A stretch of DNA of 64,000 nt from the IMG/VR virus record IMGVR_UViG_3300034374_009547. The stretch is one strand, 5' to 3'. The stretch is from a virus. Lineage: Duplodnaviria; Caudoviricetes. Shown piece after piece: positions 18,230 through 27,730 of the stretch (position 1 is the stretch's first letter; each line of letters begins with the position of its first letter). The translations under genes were made by a program, and so were the position numbers. The notes under the pieces are model-generated. The model was not told where the DNA came from. It saw only the letters and a program-made list of their open reading frames with translations, and did no database searches.

Positions 18230-19093
18230 ATGGCCAAAGAAGATTTTGAATTTGATTTTGAACCGTGGATGGCAGAAGAATTAATCCACAGAGATGATTG
18301 GGAAGAATGGTATGAAGCAATGTGCGAGATTCTGCCATTATGGGATATTAACACTATTCCAAGAGTAGCAGGGTTTATTGCACAATGCGGACACGAAAGC
18401 GGCGGCTTTAGAGTCCTTACAGAAAACCTAAACTATAGTGCAAAAGCACTAAACACTATATTTCCAAAATATTTTAAACGTGCAGGGAGAGATGCAAATG
18501 AATATCATAGACAACCTGAAAAGATTGCTAACGTCATTTATGCAAACCGTATGGACAACGGAGACACAGAGAGCGGTGATGGGTGGCGTTTCCGCGGAGG
18601 CGGCCTTATTCAGCTTACTGGACGTTACAACTACACTGAATTCGCCGAAGACGTAGATATGTCAGTAGAAGAAGCAGTAGACTATGTGCGTACCAAAAAA
18701 GGTGCGTTGGATAGTGCTTGCTGGTTCTGGGATGAAAACAATCTAAATAAACTATGTGATGCACTTGACATCGTTAGAATGACAAAGCGTATTAACGGTG
18801 GTACTATTGGACTAGAAGATCGCAAAAAGCATTGGGAACATGCTATGGATGTACTAGGCGGCGATATGGAAATAGAACCAGAAGAAGAAAAAGAACTTAA
18901 CTTGAATCAAACAATCAAGCAAGGTTCTAGAGGTCCATTGGTCAAAGAAGTACAAGAGCATTTGGGCATTGAACCAGCAGATGGTATTTTTGGCCCAGGT
19001 ACTGCACGCCAAGTGAAAGAATGGCAAGCCGCAAACGGCCTAGTTGCAGATGGTATTGTTGGACCAAATACACTGGGAAAGTTATTAGGGTAG
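18230..19093 (+). CDS. Endolysin: glycoside hydrolase family 19 plus C-terminal peptidoglycan-binding domain
   Basis: FIAQCGHESGGF...ENLNYS, RGGGLIQLTGRYNY, TKRINGG; C-terminal DGIFGPGT...DGIVGPNT. Confidence 0.92.
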   Translation: MAKEDFEFDFEPWMAEELIHRDDWEEWYEAMCEILPLWDINTIPRVAGFIAQCGHESGGFRVLTENLNYSAKALNTIFPKYFKRAGRDANEYHRQPEKIANVIYANRMDNGDTESGDGWRFRGGGLIQLTGRYNYTEFAEDVDMSVEEAVDYVRTKKGALDSACWFWDENNLNKLCDALDIVRMTKRINGGTIGLEDRKKHWEHAMDVLGGDMEIEPEEEKELNLNQTIKQGSRGPLVKEVQEHLGIEPADGIFGPGTARQVKEWQAANGLVADGIVGPNTLGKLLG

Positions 19094-19104
19094 GTGGTTT
19101 AGGT

Positions 19105-19593
19105 ATGGGCATGAAACTTGCAGGAGTAATGTTTTTAATAATGTGTGCTATGGGCGGCATAGGTTATTGGTATTACAATGACACACAAGAACGCATGGCC
19201 ATACTACAAGAAAACAATGCTAAATTAGAAATAGCAGTAGCAACAAACGAACAAGCACTAGAAAGTTTGCAAGCAGATTATGCAAGTGCGCAAAATGAAA
19301 TAGCTAGTTTAAATGATGCATATACTGCTATTCGTAGACAAAATCAACAACTTGCAGACAAACTACAAGAAATAGATTTAACAGCAGCAGCAATAGCAAA
19401 CGCAGAAGGTATCGAACGTGCAGTAAATCGTGGTACAGAAAATGCTGGTAGATGTTTTGAACTTCTATCGGGGGCAGAACTAACTGAAAAAGAAAGGACA
19501 GCACAAAATGACATCGCTTTTAACAAAGAGTGTCCTTGGTTGTATGATGATTATAAGTCTCGCGGCCTGCTCGACGAAACCCCAGCAAATTGA
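19105..19593 (+). CDS. Inner-membrane spanin (Rz-like)
   Basis: N-terminal TM helix, long coiled coil and C-terminal Cys residues; follows the endolysin. Confidence 0.7.
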   Translation: MGMKLAGVMFLIMCAMGGIGYWYYNDTQERMAILQENNAKLEIAVATNEQALESLQADYASAQNEIASLNDAYTAIRRQNQQLADKLQEIDLTAAAIANAEGIERAVNRGTENAGRCFELLSGAELTEKERTAQNDIAFNKECPWLYDDYKSRGLLDETPAN

Positions 19594-19897
19594 AATCAGC
19601 GCTAAACCAATAGAAAAACCAACATTAACACTTCCACCTGTTGACGAACTCAACATGCGCAAAGTAGAGTGGATTGTTATCAACGAAGCAAATGTTGATG
19701 CTGTAATAGCAAGGCTTGCAGCAAGTGGAAAGCCGTTTGCTATATACGCATTAACCGGAGACGGTTATGGAAACTTAGGACTAAATTTTTCAGATATTAG
19801 AGCATTAGTTCAACAACAACAAGCAATCATAGCAGCTTATGAAGGATATTATCAAAAAGCCGAAGAGGCAATGGATAATGCTGTGACAAACGAATAA
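19508..19897 (+). CDS. Outer-membrane lipoprotein spanin (Rz1-like)
   Basis: Signal peptide with LAAC lipobox, Pro-rich linker; overlaps the i-spanin 3' end in another frame. Confidence 0.75.
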   Translation: MTSLLTKSVLGCMMIISLAACSTKPQQIEISAKPIEKPTLTLPPVDELNMRKVEWIVINEANVDAVIARLAASGKPFAIYALTGDGYGNLGLNFSDIRALVQQQQAIIAAYEGYYQKAEEAMDNAVTNE

Positions 19898-19900
19898 ATA
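19893..19900 (+). promoter_or_regulatory. Late-like promoter AATAAATA
   Basis: Upstream of GGAGG RBS and ATG 19924. Confidence 0.5.
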
Positions 19901-19923
19901 CACATATAACTAGGAGGGCTAAT

Positions 19924-20220
19924 ATGTGGGATATGATACAAAACATGGCGAGTGATCGCACATGGATTTACACAAGCATAGCAGGCAGTATTGCCGGTGC
20001 TATGGTATTAGCATATTTAAGCACAACAAGATTAGGATTATGGGGCTACGCTAAGTTTGACTTGGCTGTAGACTATCTTGTTGAGCGTTGGGGCCTAACA
20101 TGGCTCGAACAACCCGAGGATGCTTGGAGAAAGAAGTATCCTAAAATCACAGCGAAAATAGACGCTATTGAGGCACGTTTAGACAAATTGGAGGGTAACA
20201 ATGCCAAGAAAAAGTCCTGA
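19924..20220 (+). CDS. Single-pass membrane protein with C-terminal coiled coil (holin/antiholin candidate)
   Basis: One hydrophobic helix; adjacent to spanins. Confidence 0.5.
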   Translation: MWDMIQNMASDRTWIYTSIAGSIAGAMVLAYLSTTRLGLWGYAKFDLAVDYLVERWGLTWLEQPEDAWRKKYPKITAKIDAIEARLDKLEGNNAKKKS

Positions 20221-20659
20221 TCAACTAAAAAGTGGAGGGGGCGCACCGGAACCTAAGCCAGCAGCAACACCTGCACCAACACCGACACCAGCACCTGCTC
20301 CTGCGCCAGTTGCAGCAGCACCGGCACCGCAACCTGTAAGTGGATATCATCCTGCAGACCTAAACGGTGACGGACATGTAGATGCTGAAGAAAAAGCAAT
20401 GGAACTAGAGTTTCGTCGCAAGATGCTAGAAGACCAAGATGCAATGCGTGATGCACAGCGTAAAATGGCTTGGTTTGCACTAGGCGGAATGCTATTATAT
20501 CCATTTGCAGTTGTACTAGCAGTGTTCCTTGCATTAGATCAAGCAGCAGATGTACTTGGATCAATGGCTGCTACATATTTTGTGTCGGTGGCTGCTATTG
20601 TTGCTGCATTCTTTGGTGGACAAGCATACACTCAATCAAGTTCAGCTAAAAAACGGTAA
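20201..20659 (+). CDS. Two-TM membrane protein with Pro/Ala linker and EF-hand-like loop (holin candidate)
   Basis: DLNGDGHVDAEE loop followed by two hydrophobic helices. Confidence 0.55.
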   Translation: MPRKSPDQLKSGGGAPEPKPAATPAPTPTPAPAPAPVAAAPAPQPVSGYHPADLNGDGHVDAEEKAMELEFRRKMLEDQDAMRDAQRKMAWFALGGMLLYPFAVVLAVFLALDQAADVLGSMAATYFVSVAAIVAAFFGGQAYTQSSSAKKR

Positions 20660-20678
20660 CCACTAACTAAGTAATAGT

Positions 20679-21482
20679 ATGAACTATTACAGCAAGTTGG
20701 GCGTGGACAAATCAGCATCGCCAGAGGAAATAAAAAGAGCATACAAAAAACTGGCGATGCAACATCATCCAGACCGTGGTGGTGATCAAAAAACTTTCCA
20801 AGAAATAAATGAAGCATATGACACGCTGAAAGATCCTGCTAAAAGACAGCAGTATGACAATCCACAACCACGTGCGGATTTTAATATGAATTCGCAAAAT
20901 ATGAACGATATGTTCAATCAATTTTTTGGCAGAAGACAACCAAAAAATCAAAATTTGTTTATAACTATTAAAATGAGTTTGGAAGAAGTAGTAAGTGGAA
21001 AAGATGTTATTGGAAGGTATACATTAAGTAATGGAGAACCTCAAGTAGCAAACATAAGAATACCAGCCGGTGTTGAAAATAATCAGCAATTTAGGTTTAG
21101 AGATTTAGGTGATAATTCAATAAAAGGATTGCCTAGAGGAGATTTAATTGTCCAAGTTTTAATAAAAAATCATAAAACTTTTGTCAGAGACAGGTTGCAT
21201 TTAAGAACAAAATGTAGTATAAATGTATTACAACTAATTTTAGGCACAGATATTGTAATAGAAAAACTTGGCGGTGGTCCATTAATTGTTAAAATCCCGG
21301 CAGGAACTGATCCAGGCACAATTTTAAGTATTCCAGGTTATGGTTTGCCTGATTTAAACACAGGTAGGACAGGTAATTTATATTTAGAAATTAAAGGTAA
21401 AACTCCTAAGATAAATGATAACAACGTATTAGCAGAGGTAAAAAAATTAAATGATGGAATTAGTGTTAGCACCAGACGGTAG
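20679..21482 (+). CDS. dnaJ: DnaJ-family co-chaperone lacking the zinc finger
   Basis: J domain with HPD motif; C-terminal GDL and IPAG domains; no CxxCxGxG repeats. Confidence 0.9.
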   Translation: MNYYSKLGVDKSASPEEIKRAYKKLAMQHHPDRGGDQKTFQEINEAYDTLKDPAKRQQYDNPQPRADFNMNSQNMNDMFNQFFGRRQPKNQNLFITIKMSLEEVVSGKDVIGRYTLSNGEPQVANIRIPAGVENNQQFRFRDLGDNSIKGLPRGDLIVQVLIKNHKTFVRDRLHLRTKCSINVLQLILGTDIVIEKLGGGPLIVKIPAGTDPGTILSIPGYGLPDLNTGRTGNLYLEIKGKTPKINDNNVLAEVKKLNDGISVSTRR

Positions 21483-21978
21483 ATTAGAAACACAATTAGA
21501 AAAGTTTGATGTTGGAGCAATGCATCCTGCTCCGGTTGCATTAGATATGATAGACTTGATGAACAAACACAACGGACTAGGATTAAGTGCAAACCAAGTA
21601 GGATTTCCTTGGCAAATTTTTGTGATGAAAGCTGTAATTAACAAACAATTTGGTTCTCCTCTTGTTGTTATAAATCCAGTAATAAAAGGTTTAAGTCAAG
21701 AAATTGAGCCAGGTATCGAAGGTTGTTTAAGTCATCCTGATTTATTTTTAAAAGTTCGTAGACCAATTAGTTGTATGGCGGAATTTGATACATTGACAAG
21801 TGACTTTAAAAATGTTATACATGTAGAAGCTAAATTTGACGATATTGATGCTCGCATATTTTTGCATGAATATGATCATCTTTATGGTATTCAATATATT
21901 GATAGAGTTAGTAAATTAAAATTAGAAATGGCAGAAAAAAAACGTCAGAAAAAACAAAAAAGGAAAGTATATGGTTGA
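21451..21978 (+). CDS. def: Peptide deformylase
   Basis: GLGLSANQVG, EGCLS and HEYDH, the three PDF motifs. Confidence 0.93.
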   Translation: MMELVLAPDGRLETQLEKFDVGAMHPAPVALDMIDLMNKHNGLGLSANQVGFPWQIFVMKAVINKQFGSPLVVINPVIKGLSQEIEPGIEGCLSHPDLFLKVRRPISCMAEFDTLTSDFKNVIHVEAKFDDIDARIFLHEYDHLYGIQYIDRVSKLKLEMAEKKRQKKQKRKVYG

Positions 21979-24217
21979 ACCCAGCAAAGAACTACAGGCA
22001 GTTTTTGAAAAGGCTTTGAAAGACGCCATTAAGTTACAACACGAATATGTAACCTTAGAGCATTTGTTGTATGCAATGTTATGTGAAAAAACATTTGCAA
22101 CTCTTGTATCGGGCTATGGTTCTGATATCGACATGATGAAAAAAGAGCTTGAGAACTTTTTAAAAACAAAATTAGAAGATACTAAAATTGAAGAAAAGAA
22201 ATACAAGCCAAAGAAAACTACAACCGTAGAACGTGTTCTTAATCGTGCTTTTACTCAGGTGTTGTTTAATGGACGTAACGATATTGAAATACCAGATATT
22301 TTTGTAAGTATTTTACATGAAAAGAAAAGTTGGGCATTTTATATCACACAAAAAGCTGGTATTGAAAAAGATAAGTTTACAGATTATTTGGCTACAGAAA
22401 ATACATTCTTTGAAGAAGAGGAAGAAGTAGCAAATAAGGGTATTGCGCAAAAAGCTCTAAGAGATTTTGCAACAGACTTAAACCAACAAGTTAAATTAGA
22501 AAAAATTGACCCTGTTATTGGACGAAGTGAAGAAATTGAACAAGTAGCACTAGCTCTTGGACGCAGAAGTAAAAGTAATGTACTTATGGTAGGTGATCCA
22601 GGTGTTGGTAAAACTGCTATTGCTGAAGGTCTTGCATTTAAAATTGTTAATAATGATGTTCCTGAATTTTTAAAAGAATATAGTGTTTTTGCATTAGATA
22701 TAGGAAGTATGCTTGCAGGATCAAAGTATCGTGGAGACTTTGAAGAACGTTTTAAATTAGTATTGCAAGGACTTAAATCCAAAGGTAAAACTATTTTGTT
22801 CATAGACGAAGCACACATGATTTCAGGCGCAGGAGCAGGTGGAAGTAATAGTGCAAACGATTTAGCAAATATGTTAAAACCTGCACTAGCAAAAGGCAAT
22901 ATCAAAGTTGTTGCATCAACTACTTGGGAAGAATACAGAAAGTATTTTGAAAAAGACAGAGCATTGATGCGCCGTTTTCAACGTGTTACAATTGATGAAC
23001 CTAATAGAGAAAACACAATTAAAATTTTACAAGGTGTTAAAAAATATTACGAAGATTATCATTCAACACAAATTACTGAAGACGCAATAACATCAGCTGT
23101 TGATCTAAGCATCAAATATCAAACTGATAAAAAATTACCTGATAAAGCTATTGATTTAATTGACGTTGCATGTTCTAGATTCAAGGTAAACAATCAAACT
23201 GAAAATAAAGTTGTAAATCAAGAAAAAATTCAATTCGAACTTGCAAAAATGATTAAATTGCCTGAAGAACAAGTTAAAGAACGTGAAAGCGAAAACTTAG
23301 CAAATCTTGAAGCTAATTTGAAAAAAGTTGTGTACGGACAAGATAGTGCAATTGAAGAAATTGTAGATAAGATTCTTGTAGCACAGGCGGGACTAAAAAG
23401 TGAAAATAAACCAATTGGCTCGTTTGTGTTTATGGGTCCAACAGGTGTAGGTAAAACTGAACTTGCTAAACAACTTGCAAGTAACTTAGGTGTTCAATTG
23501 GTACGTTTTGATATGAGTGAATATCAAGAAAAGCATAGTGTAAGCAAACTTATTGGTTCACCTCCAGGCTATGTAGGATATGAAGATAATGCAGGCGGTA
23601 TCTTAATTGACAAAATACAAGAAAATCCTAATTGTGTTTTGCTTCTTGACGAGATTGAAAAAGCACACCCTGATGTAAGTAGTATCCTACTTCAAATTAT
23701 GGATAACGGAACAATTACCGGATCAAATGGCAAGGAAGCAGACGTAAGAAATTGTACACTTATTTTAACAACTAACTTGGGTGCTAAAGAAGCTGAAAAA
23801 AATACTATTGGCTTTGGAGACACAATGCAAAAAGATTATGAAGATAAAGAATTGAAGAAATTTTTTGCTCCAGAGTTTAGAAACAGACTAGATGGCGTGA
23901 TTACATTTGGAAAACTAAGCAAAGAAGTTATGTTGAAAATTGTTGGTAAGTTTTTATTAGAATTAAAAAAACAAGTGCAAGAAAAAGATATTGCAATTAC
24001 AATTACTGACGATGCATTAGACTACCTTGTTGATGAAGGATTTGATCCTAAGATGGGTGCAAGACCATTGCAACGTGTAATTGACAAAGATATCAAAAGA
24101 CCTCTTAGTAAAGAAATGCTATTTGGTGCACTAAAAGAAGGTGGCAGTGTAATTATTGATTACAGAGATAATGAAATCAAAGTTGACTGCGAAATTGAAG
24201 TACATGAAGTTACATGA
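21971..24217 (+). CDS. clpA: ATP-dependent Clp protease ATP-binding subunit ClpA
   Basis: Clp N domain, two AAA+ modules (GDPGVGKT, GPTGVGKT), IGF loop (TIGFG), no ClpB middle domain. Confidence 0.92.
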   Translation: MVEPSKELQAVFEKALKDAIKLQHEYVTLEHLLYAMLCEKTFATLVSGYGSDIDMMKKELENFLKTKLEDTKIEEKKYKPKKTTTVERVLNRAFTQVLFNGRNDIEIPDIFVSILHEKKSWAFYITQKAGIEKDKFTDYLATENTFFEEEEEVANKGIAQKALRDFATDLNQQVKLEKIDPVIGRSEEIEQVALALGRRSKSNVLMVGDPGVGKTAIAEGLAFKIVNNDVPEFLKEYSVFALDIGSMLAGSKYRGDFEERFKLVLQGLKSKGKTILFIDEAHMISGAGAGGSNSANDLANMLKPALAKGNIKVVASTTWEEYRKYFEKDRALMRRFQRVTIDEPNRENTIKILQGVKKYYEDYHSTQITEDAITSAVDLSIKYQTDKKLPDKAIDLIDVACSRFKVNNQTENKVVNQEKIQFELAKMIKLPEEQVKERESENLANLEANLKKVVYGQDSAIEEIVDKILVAQAGLKSENKPIGSFVFMGPTGVGKTELAKQLASNLGVQLVRFDMSEYQEKHSVSKLIGSPPGYVGYEDNAGGILIDKIQENPNCVLLLDEIEKAHPDVSSILLQIMDNGTITGSNGKEADVRNCTLILTTNLGAKEAEKNTIGFGDTMQKDYEDKELKKFFAPEFRNRLDGVITFGKLSKEVMLKIVGKFLLELKKQVQEKDIAITITDDALDYLVDEGFDPKMGARPLQRVIDKDIKRPLSKEMLFGALKEGGSVIIDYRDNEIKVDCEIEVHEVT

Positions 24218-24893
24218 AACCAAAAAACTTCATTACAATAAGTTTTTATACAAACTAGTTATGCATAATACCTGTTCGAGTTTTTTTCGCACAGAGTTTA
24301 ACAAACAAGATCTATCTTATGCTCGGCTAAAAATAGATAGCTTACATCATGCATTTAATCCTAAAAAACAATACATAGAATTAGAAGGGTATAGAGGAAC
24401 ATGGAAAGATTTATATCCAGTTAATGATTATTATGATGCAATAACAATATACAGGCATTTACGTGATAGAGAAGTTTGTGATTATATTGTAAGATGTGAA
24501 CGGAACACATTAACAATATATTCTAACGATAGGAAATGGTTAATAAAATTAGGCAATAATTTAAAAACAAAAATTTCTGAGTTTTGGGAGCCTGATCCAG
24601 AAAATGTTTCATTATTACAAACAAATAAAAATATTATTCTAGTGAATAAAGTACCCGATTATGAATATAAAATTACACTTGGTAAAAAGAAAGGTTTACC
24701 TAGTTTAGCTAAATGGATTGATAATAATCCTAAATTAGCAAAAATGGGAGATATTGCTCGCCAAGAGTGTTACAATAGTGGCTGGGTTAAAGGTTATTAT
24801 TTTCATGTTAGAGATGAGAAAGCATTATTCATTGTACAAATGTTAGTAGGCGATAATATTCAAAGAATAGATAAATTTGTTAACAATAGGTAA
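24204..24893 (+). CDS. Hypothetical protein
   Basis: ATG 24204 overlapping the clpA end; AT-rich. Confidence 0.6.
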   Translation: MKLHETKKLHYNKFLYKLVMHNTCSSFFRTEFNKQDLSYARLKIDSLHHAFNPKKQYIELEGYRGTWKDLYPVNDYYDAITIYRHLRDREVCDYIVRCERNTLTIYSNDRKWLIKLGNNLKTKISEFWEPDPENVSLLQTNKNIILVNKVPDYEYKITLGKKKGLPSLAKWIDNNPKLAKMGDIARQECYNSGWVKGYYFHVRDEKALFIVQMLVGDNIQRIDKFVNNR

Positions 24894-24896
24894 TTA

Positions 24897-24904
24897 GATA
24901 AATA
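24897..24904 (+). promoter_or_regulatory. T4-late-like promoter GATAAATA
   Basis: Upstream of GGAG RBS and ATG 24926. Confidence 0.6.
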
Positions 24905-24925
24905 CGTAATAACGGAGAGCCTGCC

Positions 24926-27214
24926 ATGCATTTTATCAGTGTAATTTTTAACGAAGATATTACAGAAAGCAAACATAGTATTATAGATTCAGTCATTAAT
25001 TCAGCAAATGTTGGATTACTTGAATCTGAATTTGAATATGAATTATTTGAAACTGCTAATAACCAACGTGGTATTGAAATTCCTTTAAACAAAAATTTAA
25101 ATGAACAAGAACAAGAACTATTTGCATATAGATTAGCAAAAAGACTATTTGCAAAAGGATATAATAACTTTGATATAGATATCAGTTTAACTGAAGATGA
25201 AACAATTGCACGTACATTGAGACGTGGTATGCGTGGTGACGATGTAAAACGCATCCAAAGAGAAATTGGTATGCCAGCAGCAGACCAAGATGGTATTTTT
25301 GGTCCAAAAACAGAACGTGCTGTAAGAGCATTCCAACAAAAAGCAGGTATCCAAGTTGACGGTATTGTTGGACAACAAACACAGAGTGCAATCTTAAAAA
25401 CAAGAATGCCAAATTCAAACATTGCAATCCAACAACCAGGTGCTGCATATATTGATGCACCATATCCACAACAAGATAACCCTGCGGATAAACGTATACC
25501 TGATGATGAGTTTGATGATGTAAGACTGCCACCTGGCACAGGTGGATTACCAAGAGGAGGTAATCTGCCTCGTTATGGAGCAGGCCCGGGTGATATAGAA
25601 GATCCACAAAAAAGCAAAGAATTGCCATCGGGTGTAGGAGGAGATCAAGCGTTACCTAAAACAGGTCAAACTCCGTCAGCCGGTACAAGTATGTTTGCAA
25701 CAGATGTAGAAGATAAAACAGCTGAAGGTGTTTGGAGAGTTGCAGATAACGGTGACGGAACATTCTCGTTAGTAGGCCCAGACGGTGTAGTTGATCGCTC
25801 TAAAGGTTCAGGCGGCAGATTCAGCGCACAGAAAAGAGATGATTGGGAAGATTATGCAGCGCAGCTAAACCGAGAGCAAGGATTACCTAACGATAACGCA
25901 CCAGTTGAAAAACCAGCAATAGATACAAATTTACAACCAAAAAGTGTTGATGATGTTGCAGCATTTGACAAAGAGTTAGATCAATATCAAGGATTAGGTA
26001 AAGGTGAACTTCAACAAGTAATTAGAGATTTTGTTGAAGATGACAACCCTATTTACGCAAAAATGGTGCTAGATAAATACAGCAAACTAGCACAAGTTCC
26101 AGAAGGCGAAGCACTTGATATTTGGAGATATGCATACAGACGAGGACAAGAAATTGGTTTGACTAGCATGCCTGTGCCACCTGGATTAGACGATTTAGAA
26201 AGTGGATCGGATAATAACCCAGAAATAGATACATCAGACCTACCGCAACCTGAAATAGGAGGAGGACAGGAATTAGGAACACCTGATGGAGAAAATTATT
26301 CCGAGTTACCTGTATCACAAACAGATACCACACAACCAACTGGAACAGCACCAAGTTTTACTGCTCCAACAATAGACGAACCGTTATCATCCATAGATGA
26401 TGTAAACGATAGAACACAAAGACAAATGACCGCTCAAAGGCAATGGGAACAAAAATACGGTAATGTTAAAGATGTAAGTGCCGGATTACCTGCTGAATTT
26501 ACAACACAATATTTAAATCCAGCACTGGAAGATTTAACAAGAGATGCAGCAGAAGCTCTTGCTAAAGAACTAAATGGAGCACCAGTTCCAGTTGCAGTGC
26601 TTACTATGGAAAGAATGCGTCAAATGCTAGGTGTAGAAAACGGTGCAGAAATACTTGACATGGCAAGAGAAGTTGAACAAGAAGAACCTGATCAAGCAAG
26701 TGCGCTATCTACACTAGCAAACATTTATAATAAATTAGAGGATACAGCCATGCCAAAAGAGGAAAGCGTAGCACCACGTCCAAAAGGTGCATTTATGTTC
26801 CGTGAGCGTAACGAATGGGATTCTCTATATGGTAGAACACACAATAGAGACGGTTCAAAGAAACAATTAAGTGTATTATCTGAAAATAAAAATTTAAGTG
26901 AAGTTACATATGATTGTGATGATAAGTTCTTTGAAGATTACGGAGTCATGTGGTTTAACACAGATTATATAGACGAAGCAGAATATCAAGGACGTAAAGT
27001 TCCGCTAGGCAAGCCTATGAAAGGCGATGTTAAGAAATTTAAAGTTTATGTAAAAAATCCAAAAGGCAATGTTGTAAAAGTAAACTTTGGACAAAAAGGC
27101 GTAAAGATTAAAAAGTCTAATCCTGCAAGACGCAGAAGTTTCCGTGCAAGACACAACTGCGACAACCCGGGTCCAAGACATAAGGCAAGATATTGGAGTT
27201 GTAGAAAATGGTAA
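24926..27214 (+). CDS. Mosaic 762-aa probable virion protein: peptidoglycan-binding domain, long acidic linker, basic C-terminal module
   Basis: LRRGMRGDDVKRIQ...DGIFGPKTERAV...FQ...DGIVG (PG_binding_1); C-terminal EAEYQGRKV...RARHNC...ARYWSC. Confidence 0.7.
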   Translation: MHFISVIFNEDITESKHSIIDSVINSANVGLLESEFEYELFETANNQRGIEIPLNKNLNEQEQELFAYRLAKRLFAKGYNNFDIDISLTEDETIARTLRRGMRGDDVKRIQREIGMPAADQDGIFGPKTERAVRAFQQKAGIQVDGIVGQQTQSAILKTRMPNSNIAIQQPGAAYIDAPYPQQDNPADKRIPDDEFDDVRLPPGTGGLPRGGNLPRYGAGPGDIEDPQKSKELPSGVGGDQALPKTGQTPSAGTSMFATDVEDKTAEGVWRVADNGDGTFSLVGPDGVVDRSKGSGGRFSAQKRDDWEDYAAQLNREQGLPNDNAPVEKPAIDTNLQPKSVDDVAAFDKELDQYQGLGKGELQQVIRDFVEDDNPIYAKMVLDKYSKLAQVPEGEALDIWRYAYRRGQEIGLTSMPVPPGLDDLESGSDNNPEIDTSDLPQPEIGGGQELGTPDGENYSELPVSQTDTTQPTGTAPSFTAPTIDEPLSSIDDVNDRTQRQMTAQRQWEQKYGNVKDVSAGLPAEFTTQYLNPALEDLTRDAAEALAKELNGAPVPVAVLTMERMRQMLGVENGAEILDMAREVEQEEPDQASALSTLANIYNKLEDTAMPKEESVAPRPKGAFMFRERNEWDSLYGRTHNRDGSKKQLSVLSENKNLSEVTYDCDDKFFEDYGVMWFNTDYIDEAEYQGRKVPLGKPMKGDVKKFKVYVKNPKGNVVKVNFGQKGVKIKKSNPARRRSFRARHNCDNPGPRHKARYWSCRKW

Positions 27215-27534
27215 AAATAAACGAATTCCACGATATGGATATTCCAAATGAAATAATCCCTAAACCTGATTTTGATGTACCTAGCGACTTGTTGATTTTT
27301 ATGCGTAACGATCCAATGTTTTATCGCAAGAACTTTTTTCCAGCTGTTGAAGAATACAAAGAAACAGAAGATACTACTCCATTAGAAAATATGGTTAAAC
27401 GTGGATTAGGCAGTTATTGTCAAAAATTTAAAATTCAAAATCCAACCGAAGATTTAATGAACGACGGTGATGTTATTGATTTAGTAAAACAAATAATTGC
27501 CGATGAAATGGAAGACCAAGAGCGTGGATATTAA
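27208..27534 (+). CDS. Hypothetical (probable head-associated) protein
   Basis: Coupled ORF; MVKINEF leader. Confidence 0.6.
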   Translation: MVKINEFHDMDIPNEIIPKPDFDVPSDLLIFMRNDPMFYRKNFFPAVEEYKETEDTTPLENMVKRGLGSYCQKFKIQNPTEDLMNDGDVIDLVKQIIADEMEDQERGY

Positions 27535-27730
27535 AGAACTACAACACCTTGCAGGTATTCGTAACAAGTTTACAGGGTATACACCTTATGTGCCAGAAAA
27601 CATGAGTATAACTGGTACAGAAAAAGCCCGTATACAACGTAAAAAGAAAATACAACCAGGTACTGAGGAATGGTTTAAACTATGGTTTAGTCAACCGCAC
27701 TTAACAGGAGAAAAACCAGTTGAGGATTGA
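27524..27730 (+). CDS. Hypothetical protein
   Basis: GTG start; ELQHLAGI and QPGTEEWFKLWF motifs. Confidence 0.6.
   Translation: MDIKELQHLAGIRNKFTGYTPYVPENMSITGTEKARIQRKKKIQPGTEEWFKLWFSQPHLTGEKPVED

Noticed and set aside
22384-22905. Long minus-strand ORFs (for example 22384-22905, 24880-25539, 32275-32679, 14382-14702)
   Set aside because: They lie antisense to well-supported genes, lack RBS and motifs, and are the expected shadows of biased codon use
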